From: Candidatus Eiseniibacteriota bacterium
GTDB taxonomy: Bacteria; Eisenbacteria; RBG-16-71-46
Reading direction: 5' to 3'
Assembly: GCA_044222065.1 (NCBI GenBank)
Contig: JBGAOA010000008.1
Span: forward strand, 1 to 64,000
DNA length: 64,000 nucleotides
Shown: positions 1 to 9,874 of the stretch, one piece after another
How the letters are laid out: each line of letters begins with the position of its first letter
Position numbering within the stretch: the stretch's first letter is position 1
The notes under the pieces: generated by a model
What the model saw: only the letters and a program-made list of their open reading frames with translations
Database searches by the model: none
What the model was told of the DNA's origin: nothing
Translations under genes and position numbers: made by a program

Positions 1-657
1 GGTGTAGAAGCAGATCTGCACGTGGCCGCGCAGCATCTGGAAGCCGCCCGCGAGCGCGAGCCAGCCGAGGTCTGCGAGTCCGCCGCGCCTCATCCAGCGC
101 GTCGCGAGCCACACCATGAGCGGCAGGTAGGCCGAGTCCACGAGCTGGCTGCCGTGGCCGTGCGAGCCCACCGCGACGAGGTTCGGAGCGAACACGAACG
201 CCGCGCCGGCCAGCACCGCGCCTTCCGCTCGCGCCCCCCACTCGCGCGCGAGCAGGAACATCGCGAACGCGCCGACCCAGTAGTAGAGCAGCATCCACGT
301 GAGGTCCGGCAGCGGCAGGAACTTCTGCAGCACCGCGACCGGCCAGTCGGGCGGATAGATGTACGGGTTGTACGCGCCGCTCGCGAACGACGGCATGCCG
401 AGGAACACGTACGGGTTCCAGAGCGGATAGACGTGGTCGTGGTTGAGCGACTGCTCGCCCATGCGCACGAATCCGGCGGGCGCGGTCGCGTCGGGCGACA
501 GGAACGTCTTCCCGCCAACCGACACTTCGTGGAAGAACACGACGACCAGTAGCGCGAGCAGCGCCGCCGCCCAGCCGGCCGAGAGCGCGGGAACGACGCG
601 CGGCGCGGAGGCGCGCGCGGCGGGCGTGTCACGTCGGTTCGGGCGCTTGTCGTTCAT
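1..657 (-). CDS. YfhO-like / GT-C-type polytopic membrane protein (5' part; runs off the window edge)
   Basis: Not in the ORF track; translated by hand from ATG at 657: MNDKRPNRR...WAAALLALLVVVFFHEV...FLSPD...YPLWNPYVFLGMPSFA. A TM helix followed by the PLWNPYxxxGxP motif typical of YfhO-like proteins. Confidence 0.7.
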   Translation of the reverse strand, partial: MNDKRPNRRDTPAARASAPRVVPALSAGWAAALLALLVVVFFHEVSVGGKTFLSPDATAPAGFVRMGEQSLNHDHVYPLWNPYVFLGMPSFASGAYNPYIYPPDWPVAVLQKFLPLPDLTWMLLYYWVGAFAMFLLAREWGARAEGAVLAGAAFVFAPNLVAVGSHGHGSQLVDSAYLPLMVWLATRWMRRGGLADLGWLALAGGFQMLRGHVQICFYT

Positions 658-670
658 GGAAAGGCTCCGC

Positions 671-1798
671 TCACGCGGCCGCGGCCGCGAGGCGTTCGAT
701 CTCGGCGACGAACCGCGCGGCGATCGCGTCCCAGTCGTGCGGTCGCGCGAGCGCGCGCCGCGTCTCGCGATCGCCGGGCGACGACAACGCGGCGGCCGCC
801 GCGCGCGTCCATTCGGAGGACTCGGCGGCGAACTGGAGGTGCGGCGGAGCGGGGTCCAGGTCGAGGATCGGGGTCGTGATCACGGGCAGGCCGGCGGCGA
901 GGTACTGGTAGACCTTGTTCGGGTTGATACCCTGCACGTGCGGATCCTGCGCCCGGAAAGGAATGACTCCGAGATCGAGCGCCTGCAGGTAGGCCGGGAC
1001 GTCGGCGTACGGCCGGGCTCCGAGCAGGGCGACCCCCTCCCGGCGCGCGAATTCGGCCAGCCTCCCGGCCGTCGCCGGCGTGTCGGGACCGATCAGGACG
1101 AGCGTCCCCTGCCCGCGCGCGCGCCGCAGCGCCTCGAGCACGTCGAAGTCGAGGAAGTGCGACAGCAGGCCGACGTAGCCGATCCGCGGCCGCGGCAGCC
1201 GGGCGAGGTCCGCGGGCTCGGGGCGCGGCGTCGAAAACGCCTCGTACTCCACGCCGTTGCCGAGGGTCATCAAGGGTCGCTGGGTCTCCGCGGCGAGCTG
1301 GCGCCGGTAGTACTCCGAGACCACGAAGAAGGCGTCCACCTGGTCCCGGGTTCGTTTCCAGTAGTCGCCCGCCCAGTTCGGAGTCCGCGAGAACTGAAAG
1401 GGGCTGTCGTTGAAGTCGTAGAGTACCAGCTTGCGCGAGAGCCTCGAAAGGGCGCCCGGGCAGTAGATGTTCGAGGCCAGCACGACCGGACGGGGCTCGA
1501 CGCCGAGCGCGCGGAGCCGCGAGCGCAGCCAGGTCTCCGCGGCGCGTTCGATGAACGCGCGGCCCGGCGGCGTCGCGGCGAGCGCGTTGTAAGGAGCGCT
1601 CGTCGTGCCCGGCTTGAGGAACGGCACCGTGAAGTAGGTCACGTTGCCTTCGCGGCGCGGCGTCCACGGATCGTCGGCGCCGAAAGCGGGCGGCTGCGCG
1701 AAGAACACGCGCCAGGGCTCGGGGAATCGCGACAGCAGAAACTGCTTTCGCGTCCGGAAGTAACCCCATCGGACTTCGGAGAGTACGAGCAGGTCCAC
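671..1798 (-). CDS. Glycosyltransferase, GT-B fold (TuaH-like)
   Basis: GTG start 2 nt after the asnB stop. Motifs RKQFLLSR, LYDFND, NGVEYEAF, IGYVGLL, INPNKVYQYLAAGLPVI. Confidence 0.85.
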   Translation of the reverse strand: MDLLVLSEVRWGYFRTRKQFLLSRFPEPWRVFFAQPPAFGADDPWTPRREGNVTYFTVPFLKPGTTSAPYNALAATPPGRAFIERAAETWLRSRLRALGVEPRPVVLASNIYCPGALSRLSRKLVLYDFNDSPFQFSRTPNWAGDYWKRTRDQVDAFFVVSEYYRRQLAAETQRPLMTLGNGVEYEAFSTPRPEPADLARLPRPRIGYVGLLSHFLDFDVLEALRRARGQGTLVLIGPDTPATAGRLAEFARREGVALLGARPYADVPAYLQALDLGVIPFRAQDPHVQGINPNKVYQYLAAGLPVITTPILDLDPAPPHLQFAAESSEWTRAAAAALSSPGDRETRRALARPHDWDAIAARFVAEIERLAAAAA

Positions 1799-1800
1799 GC

Positions 1801-3867
1801 TCAGGCCCCACCGTCCGCACGCCGCTCGATCGCCGCGGCGACCTCGACGTAGCCGGCGTGCGCGCCCGCCGCGACCGGAACGTCGAGCGCGGGCGCGAGC
1901 GGCCGCGGATCGCGGGCGAGGAACGTGCGCGTCCACGCTTCGAGCGAGAGCCAGCGCCACACCTGGAGCCCGATCGAGCGACGTCCGCCGAAGTAGCCGT
2001 CGAGCTCGTCGGCGAGCACTCCCGGATCGAGCCACTCGTGCACGGGACCGGGACGCAACAGGCGCCGGCGCACGGCCTCCGCTTCGCGCGTGCGGAGCCA
2101 GACGTCGGCCGGCGTTTCGAAGCCCATTTTGTCGCGGCGGTCGAGCACGGGCTTCGGAATGCGGTCCGCGAGCGCGCGCCGCAGGATCGCCTTCGTGGTC
2201 GCGCCCTCGAGCTTCGCCTCGTCCGGGAGCGAGAACGCGAACTCGACGAGCCGGTAGTCGAGGAACGGCAGCCGCGTCTCGATCGAGAACGCCATGCTGT
2301 TGCGGTCCTCGTAGCGGAGCAGAGACGGCAGCAGGCGCTGCGTCGCGTCGAACGCGAGCTGGCGCGCGACGGCGCTGTCGAAGGCGTGCGAGGGTCGCGG
2401 GGAGTCGTCGGGCAGCGAGCGCAGCGCGTTCGAGAGCGCTCGGTCCTTGCCCTGCCCGAAACGCCGCCGCAGCGCGGCGACGACACCGCCCGGAAGCCAC
2501 GGCTCGAACGCGTGCGCGAGCGCCGTCGTCATGCCGACGCGCGAGGCGACCGGGCCGAGCAACGCGAGGAACTCACCGAGGCGGCCGTTTTCGGCGTGGT
2601 CGCGCAGGCGCAGCGGCAGGTAGCGGAAGTAGCCCGCGAGCGTCTCGTCGCCGCCCTGACCGTCGAGCAGCACCTTGAGCCCGTGCGCGTGCGCGAGCTC
2701 CATCACCTTCCACTGCGAGAACAGCCCCGGCCCCGCGGTCGGCTCGCCCTGCTGCACGTGCAGGCGCTCGAAGACGTCCCAGAAGTCGGCGCCGTCGGGA
2801 ACGACGAGGTGCGAGGTCGCGCCGCTCGCCTCGACGGTCGCGCGCACCCACGCGCGCTCGTCCCACGCCGGGCCTTCGTCGTAGGCGCACGTGAACGCGT
2901 GGATCGGGCGGTCGACGAGGCGCGCCGCCGTCGTGACGACCGCGCTCGAATCGAGGCCGCCCGACAAGCACGAGCCGACCTCGACGTCGGCGCGCAGCCG
3001 CAGCCGCACCGCGTCGGTGAACAGCCGCTCGAACTCGCGCGTCCAGTCGGCGGGACCGCCGGTCGCGCGCCGCGAAGGATCGAGTCCCCACCAGCGCCGC
3101 ACGCGCACGCCGCGTTCGCTCGCGAGCAGGCAGTGGCCCGCGGGGAGCTGGTTCAGCCCGTCGAAGAACGTGCGTGCGTCGTGATCCACCCAGTCGAGCG
3201 CGACGAGGTCGCGGACCGCGCCCGCCCGCGCGCGCGGCCGGCGCGACTGCGTGAGCACGAGCGCACGCGGCTCCGAGGCGAACGCGAACGCGCCGCCGTC
3301 GAGCTGCCAGTAGAACGGCTTGACGCCGAAGCGGTCGCGCGCGCAGAACAGCTCGCGGCGCCCGGCGTCCCAGATCGCGAACGCGAACATGCCGTTCATG
3401 TGCGCGAGGCAGTCCTCGCCGAAGCGGCGCCACGCGGCGAGGATCACCTCGGTGTCGCACTCGGTCTGGAACGTCTCCCCCATCGCCTTCAGCTCGTCGC
3501 GCAGCTCGATCCAGTTGTAGACCTCGCCGTTGAACGTGAGCCAGCAGCGCCCCTCGCGATCGCACATCGGCTGATGACCGGCCGTGCTGAGGTCCACGAT
3601 CGAGAGCCGCCGGTGTGCGAGTCCGACCGAGAAGCGCGCGTGCACGGGGTCCTTCTCGGCGCGCCCGGGCGCCCAGCGCCACGGGCTCGACCACGCATCC
3701 GGCCGCGTCGCGCCGCCGCCGAGCGTGAGCGAGGCGCCGGAGCCCGGATCCACGAGCACGAAGCCCTCGTCGTCGGGGCCCCGGTGTTCGAGCAGCGACG
3801 CCATGCGCCTCAGCCGTCCCAGATCCACGCGCTCGTTCGGCGCGAACAGTCCCGCGATGCCGCACAT
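1801..3867 (-). CDS. asnB: Asparagine synthase (glutamine-hydrolysing) family amidotransferase, probably glycan amidation
   Basis: N-terminal MCGIAG (Ntn), HRGPDD, HRRLSIVDL, RDRFGVKP, LSGGLDSS, DGQGGDE, EDRNSMAFSIETRLPFLD. Confidence 0.92.
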   Translation of the reverse strand: MCGIAGLFAPNERVDLGRLRRMASLLEHRGPDDEGFVLVDPGSGASLTLGGGATRPDAWSSPWRWAPGRAEKDPVHARFSVGLAHRRLSIVDLSTAGHQPMCDREGRCWLTFNGEVYNWIELRDELKAMGETFQTECDTEVILAAWRRFGEDCLAHMNGMFAFAIWDAGRRELFCARDRFGVKPFYWQLDGGAFAFASEPRALVLTQSRRPRARAGAVRDLVALDWVDHDARTFFDGLNQLPAGHCLLASERGVRVRRWWGLDPSRRATGGPADWTREFERLFTDAVRLRLRADVEVGSCLSGGLDSSAVVTTAARLVDRPIHAFTCAYDEGPAWDERAWVRATVEASGATSHLVVPDGADFWDVFERLHVQQGEPTAGPGLFSQWKVMELAHAHGLKVLLDGQGGDETLAGYFRYLPLRLRDHAENGRLGEFLALLGPVASRVGMTTALAHAFEPWLPGGVVAALRRRFGQGKDRALSNALRSLPDDSPRPSHAFDSAVARQLAFDATQRLLPSLLRYEDRNSMAFSIETRLPFLDYRLVEFAFSLPDEAKLEGATTKAILRRALADRIPKPVLDRRDKMGFETPADVWLRTREAEAVRRRLLRPGPVHEWLDPGVLADELDGYFGGRRSIGLQVWRWLSLEAWTRTFLARDPRPLAPALDVPVAAGAHAGYVEVAAAIERRADGGA

Positions 3868-3888
3868 GAGTGGCGAGTCCCCCTGAGC

Positions 3889-5349
3889 CTACGAACCGGC
3901 GCGCGCGTGCCAGGCGACGGCGCCGCGCTCCTTCGCGATCTCGAGCTTCCAGCACAACGCGGCGTACGCGGCCACGACCGCGATCTTGACGGCGACGCCG
4001 GACGCTCCGGGCGGCGCGAAACGCGGAACGACCTCACCGAGCGAGAGCGCGATCGCGAAAAGCGCGACCAGCCGCCGTCCTCGATACGGCAGCGGATGCA
4101 CGCGCTGAGACGCCACGTAGGTCGTCAGCGCGAGCGTCGCGTAGCCGAGGAAGGTCGCCACGGAAGCACCTTCGACGCCGAAGCGGGGCGTGAGCAGGGC
4201 GTTCGCCGCCCACGAGGCGAGCGACGCCGCCGCAGCGCAACCGATCAGCAGATGCGTGCGCAGCGCGAGCGAGACGCCCACCGACGAGACCGAGTAAGCG
4301 CCCCAGGCCGCCGAAGCGAACGCGAGCCAGACGGCGGGGCGCGCGGCCTCGCGGTACGCGCCGGGCACGAGCAGCGCGAGCGCCTCGGGCGCGAACAGGC
4401 CCACGGCCAGCGCGCCCGTGGTCGCGGCGCCCGCATACGCCGCCAGCACGCGCGCGAACAGTCGAGGCGCTTCGGGCGTGTTCGCGCGCGAGAACGCGAA
4501 CGGCATGAACGCGACCTGGAAGGCCGACACGGCCATCGAGACGACGGCGAAGAACTTGACCGCGACGGCGTAGACGCCGACTTCCTCGAGCGTGCGCGTG
4601 CGCTGGAGGAAGTAACGGTCCATCGAAGTCACCAGGCTGAACGCGAAGACCGCGGGGATCATGGGCAGCCCGTAGGCGAGCATCCGTCGCAGGGGGCCGA
4701 ACGAGAACCACGGCCGGACCGAGTGCCGAATCAGCACGAGCGCGAGCAGCGCGCACACGAAGTCGCCGAACAGCCGGCCATAGAGCATGCCGACGACGCC
4801 GGTGTCCTTCGACACGACGAACCACACCGACAGGCCGCCGACGAGCACCGTCTGGCACACGTTCAGCAGGATGAACTTCCACGGCTGGAACGTGACGCGC
4901 AGGATGTCGTTTCCGTAGGCGACGAGCAGCGTGAACGGCAGCGTCGCGGCGCCGATCAGGACGTACTTGCGGTAGGCCTCGCCGCCGATGAACTGCGTCG
5001 CGATCGGCGCCGCGAACAGCGCGATCGCGCCCGCGACCGCGAACGACGTGACGAGCCGGAACACGAGCGACGAGGACGCCATGCGGATGCGCGCCTCGCG
5101 GTCGGGCTGCTCGTAGAAGAACCGCGCGAGCGCGGCGTCCATGCCGCCGATGAGCACCTGTGCGAGCGTCTGCGAGTACGCGACGACGAGGTCGCCGACG
5201 CCGAACGCGCTCGCCGGCAGCGCGCGCGTGAGGATCGGCACGAGCACGACCTGCACCGCGCGTCCGCCGGCCGCGCCGAGGCCGTAGACGAGCGACTCGC
5301 CCGTGAGCTTCTTGAGCGCCTCGCGCACCGGATTCGGCCGCGCGGTCAT
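3889..5349 (-). CDS. Wzx/MOP-family oligosaccharide flippase
   Basis: From MTARPNPV: many TM segments, LVPILTRAL...FGV, LAYGLPMIP, MDRYFL...EVGVYAVAVKF. Confidence 0.85.
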   Translation of the reverse strand: MTARPNPVREALKKLTGESLVYGLGAAGGRAVQVVLVPILTRALPASAFGVGDLVVAYSQTLAQVLIGGMDAALARFFYEQPDREARIRMASSSLVFRLVTSFAVAGAIALFAAPIATQFIGGEAYRKYVLIGAATLPFTLLVAYGNDILRVTFQPWKFILLNVCQTVLVGGLSVWFVVSKDTGVVGMLYGRLFGDFVCALLALVLIRHSVRPWFSFGPLRRMLAYGLPMIPAVFAFSLVTSMDRYFLQRTRTLEEVGVYAVAVKFFAVVSMAVSAFQVAFMPFAFSRANTPEAPRLFARVLAAYAGAATTGALAVGLFAPEALALLVPGAYREAARPAVWLAFASAAWGAYSVSSVGVSLALRTHLLIGCAAAASLASWAANALLTPRFGVEGASVATFLGYATLALTTYVASQRVHPLPYRGRRLVALFAIALSLGEVVPRFAPPGASGVAVKIAVVAAYAALCWKLEIAKERGAVAWHARAGS

Positions 5350-6239
5350 CGCGGCCTCCCGAACGGGTTCGGCTTCCCGCACCACGGGCAGGTCCACGTC
5401 GCGGGCCACGGCCGCGGCGGCTCGATCACCGCGTGCTCCCCGCACTCGCGGCACACGTGCGTGACGCGCCGCGCGCCGGGCAGGCGGTCGAGCGGCGGCG
5501 GCACGGCGGGCGCCGCACCCTTCACGAACGTGAGCACGAAGTTCGCGTCGCGCGCGAGATCCGGACCGCCCGCGCGGTGGAGCGCCGCGAGAGCGTCGGT
5601 GAACGCGCCCTGCAGCGGCTTCGTGCGCGCGTCGTTCATCCACGAGAAGCCCGCCGGCACGAACGCGTGCGCCGTGAGCGTCATCCCGCGACGCGCGAAC
5701 GTTCCGAGCAGTCCCGCGAGGTCGAAGCGCTGCTGGTGCTCGATGCGCTTCCGGAACTTGAGCAGCGCGTACTTCGCGAAGTAGCCGGCGAAGCGGTAGA
5801 GCCGGTCGTCGAACGACGCCGCGCGCGGCACCGACAGGTAGAGCGTGCCGCCCGGCTTCGTGACGCGCACGAGTTCGTCGGCGCACGCATCCAGCTCGGT
5901 GACGTGCTCGAGGACGTAGTGGCACACCGTGAGATCGAAGCTCGCGTCGCGGACCGGAAGCCGCGCGAGGTCGCCTCGGAACACGTGCACGCGCTCGGAG
6001 TGCGGCGGCGGGCCCGGGGGGAACTTGATGTCGAAGCCGGTGACGTCGAGGTCGGGCCGCAGCGCGTACGGCCACGAACCCGGCCCGCAGCCCGCGTCGA
6101 GCACACGCGCGCCCGCCGGCGCCGTCGCGATCACCTCGCGCAGGAACACGGGCGGCGCACCGGCCGGGATCTCGGGACGATGAATCCACTCCTTGCCTCC
6201 CACGCGTGCCGACGCCGATTCGGAGCGCGGCGCGATCAC
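5346..6239 (-). CDS. Class I SAM-dependent methyltransferase with C-terminal CxxC...CxxC zinc ribbon
   Basis: VLDAGCGPG motif I, ASFDLTVCHYVLEHV, RVTKPGG; C-terminal CRECG...CPWCG. GTG start overlaps the upstream stop. Confidence 0.8.
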   Translation of the reverse strand: MIAPRSESASARVGGKEWIHRPEIPAGAPPVFLREVIATAPAGARVLDAGCGPGSWPYALRPDLDVTGFDIKFPPGPPPHSERVHVFRGDLARLPVRDASFDLTVCHYVLEHVTELDACADELVRVTKPGGTLYLSVPRAASFDDRLYRFAGYFAKYALLKFRKRIEHQQRFDLAGLLGTFARRGMTLTAHAFVPAGFSWMNDARTKPLQGAFTDALAALHRAGGPDLARDANFVLTFVKGAAPAVPPPLDRLPGARRVTHVCRECGEHAVIEPPRPWPATWTCPWCGKPNPFGRPR

Positions 6240-7150
6240 GGCTTCACCTCGGCGGGATTGCGTCCGGCGAGCGCGTCGCCGATCGCGCGCGGGATCGCGG
6301 CGGCGGCGGCGGCGTGTCCGCGCGCGACGAGCCACGCGGCGAGCGCCGCCTGCTGCGCGAGGAAGCACGGCAGCCACGTGGCGCGCGCGACGCCGTGCGC
6401 GTGCGACGACCACAGCGTCCAGTTCGCCCGCAGCCGCTGGTAGATCTTCCACGGGCTGTTCGCCCCGGCGCTCGCGGAGACCTTGTGCCACAGCCGCGCG
6501 GTCGGCACGAAGCGCAGGCGGTAGCCGGCGGCGCGCGCACGGAGGCTCCAGTCGGCGTCCTCGGCGTAGATGAAGTAGCGCTCGTCGAGCGGCCCGACGC
6601 GTTCCCACGCGGCGCGGGTCGCGAGCAGGCAGCAACCGGTGAGGTAGCCCGTCTCTTCGACCGCGCGGAACTGTCCGGCGTCGCGCGTGCGGATTCCGCG
6701 ATGCGCGCTGTAGCCGATCGCCGGCGTGCACACTCCGCCCGCGTACCAGATGTCGAGCGTGGGCGCGGCGAAGTAGATGAGCGGCGCGACCGCGCCCGCG
6801 TCCGGGTGCTGGTCGAGCGCGAGGAGCAGCCGGTCGAGCAGCGCGGGATCGGCCTCGGTGTCGTTGTTGAGCAGCATCACGGCGTCGGCGCCGCGCTCGA
6901 GCGCGCGCGCGAGCCCGGCGTTGTTGCCGCCCGCGAAACGCCGGTTCTCGGGCAGCGCGAGCAGTTCCACGCGCGGGAACTCGCGCGCCAGCGCTTCCGC
7001 CGAGCCGTCCGTCGAGCCGTTGTCCACGACGAGCGTCGTGACGCTCCAGCCCTCGGGCACGCGGCAGCGTTCGAGCGTCGGCAGCAGCGCACGCGTGTCC
7101 GCGAGGCCGTTCCAGTTGAGCACGACGATCCACAGCGCGCGCGGCGTCAT
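6236..7150 (-). CDS. Glycosyltransferase family 2 (WbbL/rhamnosyltransferase-like)
   Basis: IVVLNWNG, VVDNGSTDGS, NRRFAGGNN, LLNNDT, TGCCLL, FIYAEDADWSLR. Confidence 0.9.
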   Translation of the reverse strand: MTPRALWIVVLNWNGLADTRALLPTLERCRVPEGWSVTTLVVDNGSTDGSAEALAREFPRVELLALPENRRFAGGNNAGLARALERGADAVMLLNNDTEADPALLDRLLLALDQHPDAGAVAPLIYFAAPTLDIWYAGGVCTPAIGYSAHRGIRTRDAGQFRAVEETGYLTGCCLLATRAAWERVGPLDERYFIYAEDADWSLRARAAGYRLRFVPTARLWHKVSASAGANSPWKIYQRLRANWTLWSSHAHGVARATWLPCFLAQQAALAAWLVARGHAAAAAAIPRAIGDALAGRNPAEVKP

Positions 7151-8706
7151 CCGGCCTCCGCGCGGCGCGCGAGCGCGGCGCGGCGCGCGGCGAGCGCCGC
7201 CGCCGCGAGCAGCAGCGCGAGCGGTCCGTAGACGAGCGGCGCCGGCACGGCGACGTAGCGCGCGTAGAGCCACCACACGTCGAGCGCGTGCAGCAGTTCG
7301 CCCTCGTCCGCCGCCGCGATGCCAAGGCGAGGATCGCGCTCGCCTTCGCCCGTGAGCCGCGGCCCGCGCCCCGCGAGGTGCTCGCCCGCGTTGCGCGCGA
7401 GCAGCCGCCAGTGCTGGAGGATCGGCGCGAAGCGCGGGTTGAAGTGGCTGTCGCTCATGAAGCGCGGATCCGAGAGCGAGCGCGTGTAGGGGTAGTCGCC
7501 CGCGTCGCGCATCTGCATGCCGAAATAGATGAACACGCCGCCGACCTGCACGGCGAGGCCCAGGAGCCCGAGCGCCCACGCGACGCGGCGCCGAACGCGC
7601 GATGCGCCCTCGAGGCCGAACGCGACGGCGAGGAACGCGAGCGGGACGACCGGCAGCAGATAGCGCGGGCCGAACGAGCCGTCGCCCGCCCAGTGTTCGA
7701 AGCCGCCGTAGAGGAGCAGCGCGACGGCCCACGCCGCCGCGATGCCGAGCGCGAGCCGTCGCGCGGCGAACGCGAGCGGGCTCCGCTCCCCGCCCGCGGC
7801 GCGGCGCAGGCGCGCGACGCCGCGGAACGCGAGCGCGAGCGCGGGCGCGAACCACGCGATCCCCTTCCCCGACGACAGCAGCAGGCCGTAGAGCCCGACC
7901 CACAGCGGCGTCGAATACGCCGACGTCGAGGCCTGCGCGCCGTAGCCGGTCTCGAACGGCGTGCCGAAGCGCGCGACGTTGTAGGCGAGGTGGCCCGCGA
8001 GCGCCGCGGCCAGCGCCGCCGCGACCCACGCACGCCCGGGAATCGCGCGGCCGTCGTGGCGGCGGAACGCGAGCGGCGCGAGGCACGCGAGCGCGAGCGG
8101 CAGCATGACGAGTTTCGCCGACACGGCGAGGAACGCGCCGAGCGCGGCCGTGCGCGCCCCGCGCTCGTCGCCACCCGCCGCGCGCGCCGCGCCCGAGAGC
8201 GCGAGCAGCAGGCCGAGCGATTCGAGCGGCTCGGCCATGAAGCTCTTCGCGTACACCCACACGGGCGTCGTGAACGCGAGCAGCAGCGTCGCGGCGAACG
8301 CCGCGCCCGACCCCGCGCCGAGCGCGCGGCAGGCGGCGTAGAACACCCCGACCAGGGCGGCCGCGACGAGCGCGTTGAAGAACGAGGTGCCGAAGCGCGC
8401 GGCGAGTTCGCGCTTCTCGGGCCCGAGCCCCGCGAGTCCGCTCGCGGCCTCGCTCGCGGCGACGAGCGGCAGCGCGAGCACGGCCTGGGCGGCGGCGTTC
8501 TTCGAGTACACGCGGCCGTCGGCGGCGGCGAGCGTCGCGCCCTGCGGCACCTCGATGCCGCCGCGCAGCAGCGCGCGCGAGAGCTGGAACATCGTCACCT
8601 CGTCGCTGCCCGCGATGCGTCCGCCGCCGGTCGCGGCGTAGACGCAGAACGCGAGTCCCGCGAGCCAGCGCGCGGTGCGCGAGACGGAGCCTTCGGCCGG
8701 CTTCAC
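7147..8706 (-). CDS. GT-C fold polytopic membrane glycosyltransferase (ArnT/PMT-like)
   Basis: Acidic SDE motif after TM1, many TM helices, WVYAKSFMAEP, YNVARFGTPFETGY, WAGDGSFGPRYLLP. Confidence 0.7.
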   Translation of the reverse strand: MKPAEGSVSRTARWLAGLAFCVYAATGGGRIAGSDEVTMFQLSRALLRGGIEVPQGATLAAADGRVYSKNAAAQAVLALPLVAASEAASGLAGLGPEKRELAARFGTSFFNALVAAALVGVFYAACRALGAGSGAAFAATLLLAFTTPVWVYAKSFMAEPLESLGLLLALSGAARAAGGDERGARTAALGAFLAVSAKLVMLPLALACLAPLAFRRHDGRAIPGRAWVAAALAAALAGHLAYNVARFGTPFETGYGAQASTSAYSTPLWVGLYGLLLSSGKGIAWFAPALALAFRGVARLRRAAGGERSPLAFAARRLALGIAAAWAVALLLYGGFEHWAGDGSFGPRYLLPVVPLAFLAVAFGLEGASRVRRRVAWALGLLGLAVQVGGVFIYFGMQMRDAGDYPYTRSLSDPRFMSDSHFNPRFAPILQHWRLLARNAGEHLAGRGPRLTGEGERDPRLGIAAADEGELLHALDVWWLYARYVAVPAPLVYGPLALLLAAAALAARRAALARRAEAG

Positions 8707-9851
8707 CGCCACCCCCGCTTCGGCGCCAGCTCGTCCGCGAGCCCGACTGTCGCGTCCGCGAGCGCCGCCCACGAATGCTCGCGCTGGAGCGCCGTGACGC
8801 CGTCCCGGAGCTTCGGTCCCATGCCGTCCTCGTAGAAGCGCAGGATCGAGCCCGCGAGCGCTTCGGGATCCTCGGGCGCGCACACGAGCCCGGTCTCGCC
8901 GGGCCGCACGGTCTCGGCGAGGCCGCCGACGTCGGTCGTGATCACCGGCACGCCGAGCGCGTACGCGACGTGCGTCACGCCGCTCTGCGTCGCGCTCCGG
9001 TACGGCAGCACCACGACGTCGCTCGCCTTGAAGGCCGCCTCGACGTCGGCGTCCGGCAGGTAGCGCTCGAGCAGCCGAACGTGCGGCTCGCCGCCGGCCT
9101 CGCGCGCGAGCGCGCGGTACGGTTCGGCGTCTTCGTAGAACTCGCCCGCGACGACGAGCGTCACGTCGCGGCGCGCGCGTACGCGCGGCCAGGCGCGCAG
9201 CAGCGTGTCGAGCCCCTTGTAGTGGCGCACGTAGCCGAAGAACAGCGCGACGTCGCCGTCGGCGGGCAGCCCGAGGTGCGCGCGCGCGGTCGCCCGCGAG
9301 AAGCGCCCGGCGTCGAACTGCGCGTACAGCGGATGCAGGACGCGCCGGCGCGGCGACCCCGGCTTCAGCCGGTCGAGATCGCGCTCGACGCTTTCGGACA
9401 TGACGAGGTAGCCGTCGGAATTGCGCAGCATCCAGGAGGAGAACTCGCGGTCGAACGGGCGGTGCTCGTGAGGGACGAGATTGTCGCAGACGAGCACGAC
9501 GCGCGTGCCACGGCGGCGCAAAGGACCGACGCTGGATGCGAACGAGGGCCCGAAGAACGGCATCCACCACTTGAGGATCGCGAGTCCGGGAGCGAACGTC
9601 TCGAGCGCCGCCGCGGTCCGACGCCAGCTCCACGGCGCGATCGAGTCGAGCGTCGAGGCGACCGGAAAGCGCGCCCGCGGCGCCTCGGGATCGAGCTGGC
9701 TCGTGCCCGGGAACAGGAACTCCGGGTACTGGCGCGTGAACGTCCAGCCGCGCACTTCGGCGCGCTGCGACAGCTCCTCGCCGAGCAGCTGCAGGTACTG
9801 CGCGAGTCCGCCACGCCACGGCGCGAGCGGACCGACCACGGCGATGCGCAC
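8703..9851 (-). CDS. Glycosyltransferase family 4
   Basis: GPLAPWRGGLAQY, FFGYVRHYKGLD, VLPYRSATQSGV, TDVGGLAE. Confidence 0.9.
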   Translation of the reverse strand: MRIAVVGPLAPWRGGLAQYLQLLGEELSQRAEVRGWTFTRQYPEFLFPGTSQLDPEAPRARFPVASTLDSIAPWSWRRTAAALETFAPGLAILKWWMPFFGPSFASSVGPLRRRGTRVVLVCDNLVPHEHRPFDREFSSWMLRNSDGYLVMSESVERDLDRLKPGSPRRRVLHPLYAQFDAGRFSRATARAHLGLPADGDVALFFGYVRHYKGLDTLLRAWPRVRARRDVTLVVAGEFYEDAEPYRALAREAGGEPHVRLLERYLPDADVEAAFKASDVVVLPYRSATQSGVTHVAYALGVPVITTDVGGLAETVRPGETGLVCAPEDPEALAGSILRFYEDGMGPKLRDGVTALQREHSWAALADATVGLADELAPKRGWR

Positions 9852-9874
9852 GGTCGCGCCGCTCCGCGCCGGTC

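Noticed and set aside
1858..5784. 1308-aa plus-strand ORF
   Set aside because: Arg/Ala-rich shadow ORF antisense to asnB and the flippase; no motifs; expected in very high-GC DNA.
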